Below, in pieces: positions 29,971 to 32,000 of a stretch of DNA of 32,000 nucleotides. Each line of letters begins with the position of its first letter. Within the stretch, counting starts at the first letter, position 1. The notes below the pieces were generated by a model. That model saw only the letters and a program-made list of their open reading frames with translations, ran no database searches and was not told where the DNA came from. The stretch is from sequence record CAXMZZ020000009.1; one strand, written 5' to 3'. The translations under genes and the position numbers were made by a program.

Positions 29971-30302
29971 TATTCTTCTTCTTGCTTATAAACTTTTACA
30001 TTTATTGATAAACCAGCAGATAATTCCATTTTTAAAAATAAATCAATTGTTTCCATTTTTTCAGGATATAAATCAATAATTCTTTTATAACGACGAATTT
30101 CAAATTGTTCTCTAGCATCTTTATCTACATGTGGAGATCTTAAAACACAATATATTCTTCTTCGCGTTGGTAATGGAATTGGACCTTTAATATTTTCTGG
30201 TGGTTCGTTTCGTAAAACGATCTCTAATAAATTTTTACAAGTTTGATCTAAAATTTGGTAATCAAATGCTTGTAAGGAAACCCGAATTTTTTCTCGTGAC
30301 AT
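29970..30302 (-). CDS. rps10: 30S ribosomal protein S10
   Basis: 110 aa. [16 protein letters not shown]..., [39 protein letters not shown] is canonical S10. Confidence 0.93.
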   Translation of the reverse strand: MSREKIRVSLQAFDYQILDQTCKNLLEIVLRNEPPENIKGPIPLPTRRRIYCVLRSPHVDKDAREQFEIRRYKRIIDLYPEKMETIDLFLKMELSAGLSINVKVYKQEEE

Positions 30303-30326
30303 TTCAATATTATAGTTAGTTTAAAA

Positions 30327-31559
30327 TTATTGTACAATTTTTGAAACTACCCCAGCTCCAACTGTTCTACCACCTTCACGTATTGCAAATCTCATACCTT
30401 CCTCAATTGCAATTGGAGAAATTAGTTCAGCATTCATTTTAATACGATCACCTGGCATAACCATTTCTACATTTTCACCTTCATCAGATGTAAATGCTAA
30501 AATTTGTCCTGTTACATCAGTTGTACGAACATAAAATTGTGGTCGATAACCAGCAAAGAATGGTGTATGACGACCACCTTCATCTTTTGTTAAAATATAT
30601 ACTTCTGATTCAAATTTTTTGTGAGGTGTAATTGTACCAGGTTGTGATAATACCATACCGCGTAAAATTTCCTCTTTTTGAATACCACGTAATAAAATAC
30701 CAACATTATCCCCAGCTAAACCTTCATCTAAAGTTTTTTGGAACATTTCAACGCCGGTTACAGTAACTGAACGCGTTTCTTGTAAACCTACAATTTCAAT
30801 AGTTTCACCTACTTTTACACAACCTCTTTCAATTCGACCTGTTGCAACTGTACCACGCCCTGTAATAGAAAAAACATCTTCAACTGCCATTAAAAAAGTT
30901 TTATCAATATCACGTTCTGGAGTTGGAATATAACTATCAACAGCATCCATTAAAGCGAAAATTTTATCTACCCATTTATCATCTCCACGTTTATTTGGAT
31001 TAGCTATTGAAATAGCTTCTAAGGCTTGTAAAGCTGAACCTGCAACAATTGGAATCGAATCACCTGGGAAATCATATTCGTCTAATAATTCTCTTACTTC
31101 TAATTCAACTAATTCTAATAATTCCTCATCGTCTACTTGATCTTCTTTATTTAGAAAAACAACAATATGTGGTACACCTACTTGTTTAGCAAGTAAAATA
31201 TGTTCACGAGTTTGTGGCATAGGACCATCAGCAGCAGATACTACTAAAATTGCACCATCCATTTGTGCAGCACCTGTAATCATATTTTTAACATAATCAG
31301 CGTGACCTGGACAATCTACGTGAGCATAATGACGTTCATCTGTTTCATATTCAATATGAGCAGTATTAATTGTAATACCACGTGCACGTTCTTCAGGTGC
31401 CGCATCAATATCTTCATATTTTTTAGCAACACCTTCTGAAGAACCTAAAGCAAGAGTTGCTGTAATTGCAGCAGTTAATGTTGTTTTACCATGATCTACG
31501 TGACCAATTGTACCAATATTTACATGTGGTTTACTACGTTCAAATTTTTCACGAGCCAT
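30327..31559 (-). CDS. tufA: Translation elongation factor Tu
   Basis: 410 aa. [22 protein letters not shown] and the rest are conserved end to end. Confidence 0.98.
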   Translation of the reverse strand: MAREKFERSKPHVNIGTIGHVDHGKTTLTAAITATLALGSSEGVAKKYEDIDAAPEERARGITINTAHIEYETDERHYAHVDCPGHADYVKNMITGAAQMDGAILVVSAADGPMPQTREHILLAKQVGVPHIVVFLNKEDQVDDEELLELVELEVRELLDEYDFPGDSIPIVAGSALQALEAISIANPNKRGDDKWVDKIFALMDAVDSYIPTPERDIDKTFLMAVEDVFSITGRGTVATGRIERGCVKVGETIEIVGLQETRSVTVTGVEMFQKTLDEGLAGDNVGILLRGIQKEEILRGMVLSQPGTITPHKKFESEVYILTKDEGGRHTPFFAGYRPQFYVRTTDVTGQILAFTSDEGENVEMVMPGDRIKMNAELISPIAIEEGMRFAIREGGRTVGAGVVSKIVQ

Positions 31560-31588
31560 AAAGAAAATCCTTTTTTGAAATTGTTGAG

Positions 31589-31604
31589 TATATATATATA
31601 TATA
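31589..31604. repeat. (TA)8 microsatellite in the rps7-tufA spacer
   Basis: Read directly: tatatatatatatata followed by a T run. Confidence 0.9.
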
Positions 31605-31656
31605 TTTTTTTGAACTTTTGGCGTATTATTTAATTTTAAATAATTAGTTTAATCAA

Positions 31657-32000
31657 TTAATAACGAAAATGGGCAAATGCTTTATTTGCTTCAGCCATTT
31701 TATGGGTCTCTTCTCTTTTTCGCATAGCACTTCCTAAATTATTTGATGCATCAATAATTTCATTTGCTAATTTTATTGCTATTGTTCGTCCAGAACGAGC
31801 TCGTGCAAATTTTACTAACCAACGTAAAGACAAATTTGTTGCTCGAAATGTACTAACTTCAACTGGCACTTGATAAGTTGAACCACCAATTCTTGTTGCT
31901 TTTACTTCAACGGCTGGACTGATATTTTTTATTGCTTTTTCAAAAACTTTAAGTGGATCTTCATTTGTTCGTTGTTTAATGATATCAAAAGCTTCTTTAC
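31657..32000 (-). CDS. rps7: 30S ribosomal protein S7, 3' part (N-terminus lies beyond the window end)
   Basis: The track ORF at 31657-31869 begins at an internal GTG. The frame stays open to position 32000 and reads ...[62 protein letters not shown]...AFAHFRY, which is S7. Confidence 0.9.
   Translation of the reverse strand, partial: KEAFDIIKQRTNEDPLKVFEKAIKNISPAVEVKATRIGGSTYQVPVEVSTFRATNLSLRWLVKFARARSGRTIAIKLANEIIDASNNLGSAMRKREETHKMAEANKAFAHFRY

Noticed and set aside
31657-31869. Track ORF treated as a complete 70-aa gene
   Set aside because: Its M is an internal GTG (Val) of rps7. The frame continues open to the window end with clear S7 sequence.

Overview
This window is a strongly AT-rich, very gene-dense plastid-genome fragment of the red-algal type. 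It could be a rhodophyte or a red-derived secondary plastid; I cannot tell which without a database search. The evidence is plastid-encoded tsf, dnaK, ftsH, petF, psaE, atpD, atpG, rpl1/11/12, rps20, tufA and rpoB/C1/C2, with tight spacers and no introns seen. Standard code 11 fits: every conserved gene is intact, and TGA is used as a stop in atpF. Gene order runs: unknown partial ORF, trnF, petB-petD. Then the minus strand carries the conserved supercluster rpoB-rpoC1-rpoC2-rps2-tsf-atpI-H-G-F-D-A. After that come rps20, dnaK, rps4, trnR-trnQ, a ycf19-rps16-ycf65-orf152 cluster, psaF-psaJ, psaE-trnW-rpl11-rpl1-rpl12, ftsH, psbB-psbT / psbN / psbH, petF, and rps7 (partial)-tufA-rps10. I added genes missing from the ORF track by hand translation and folding: psaJ, psbN, psbT and four tRNAs. 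I moved the petD and rps20 starts to internal ATGs that follow a Shine-Dalgarno (SD) motif, and I extended rps7 to the window edge. I see no CRISPR array, mobile element, defence island or other novel multi-gene system, and I do not want to manufacture one. Five things are not explained by routine annotation. (1) A 62-nt near-perfect palindrome (29-bp hairpin) sits in the divergent rps20/dnaK spacer, the only long hairpin here that is not at a 3' end. (2) An unassignable basic 152-aa ORF is packed into a ribosomal-protein cluster. (3) An exact 2 x 16-nt tandem duplication abuts the atpI start. (4) A GGAGAAAA translation-initiation motif recurs at five genes. (5) Bacterial-style bidirectional terminators sit at convergent gene junctions.
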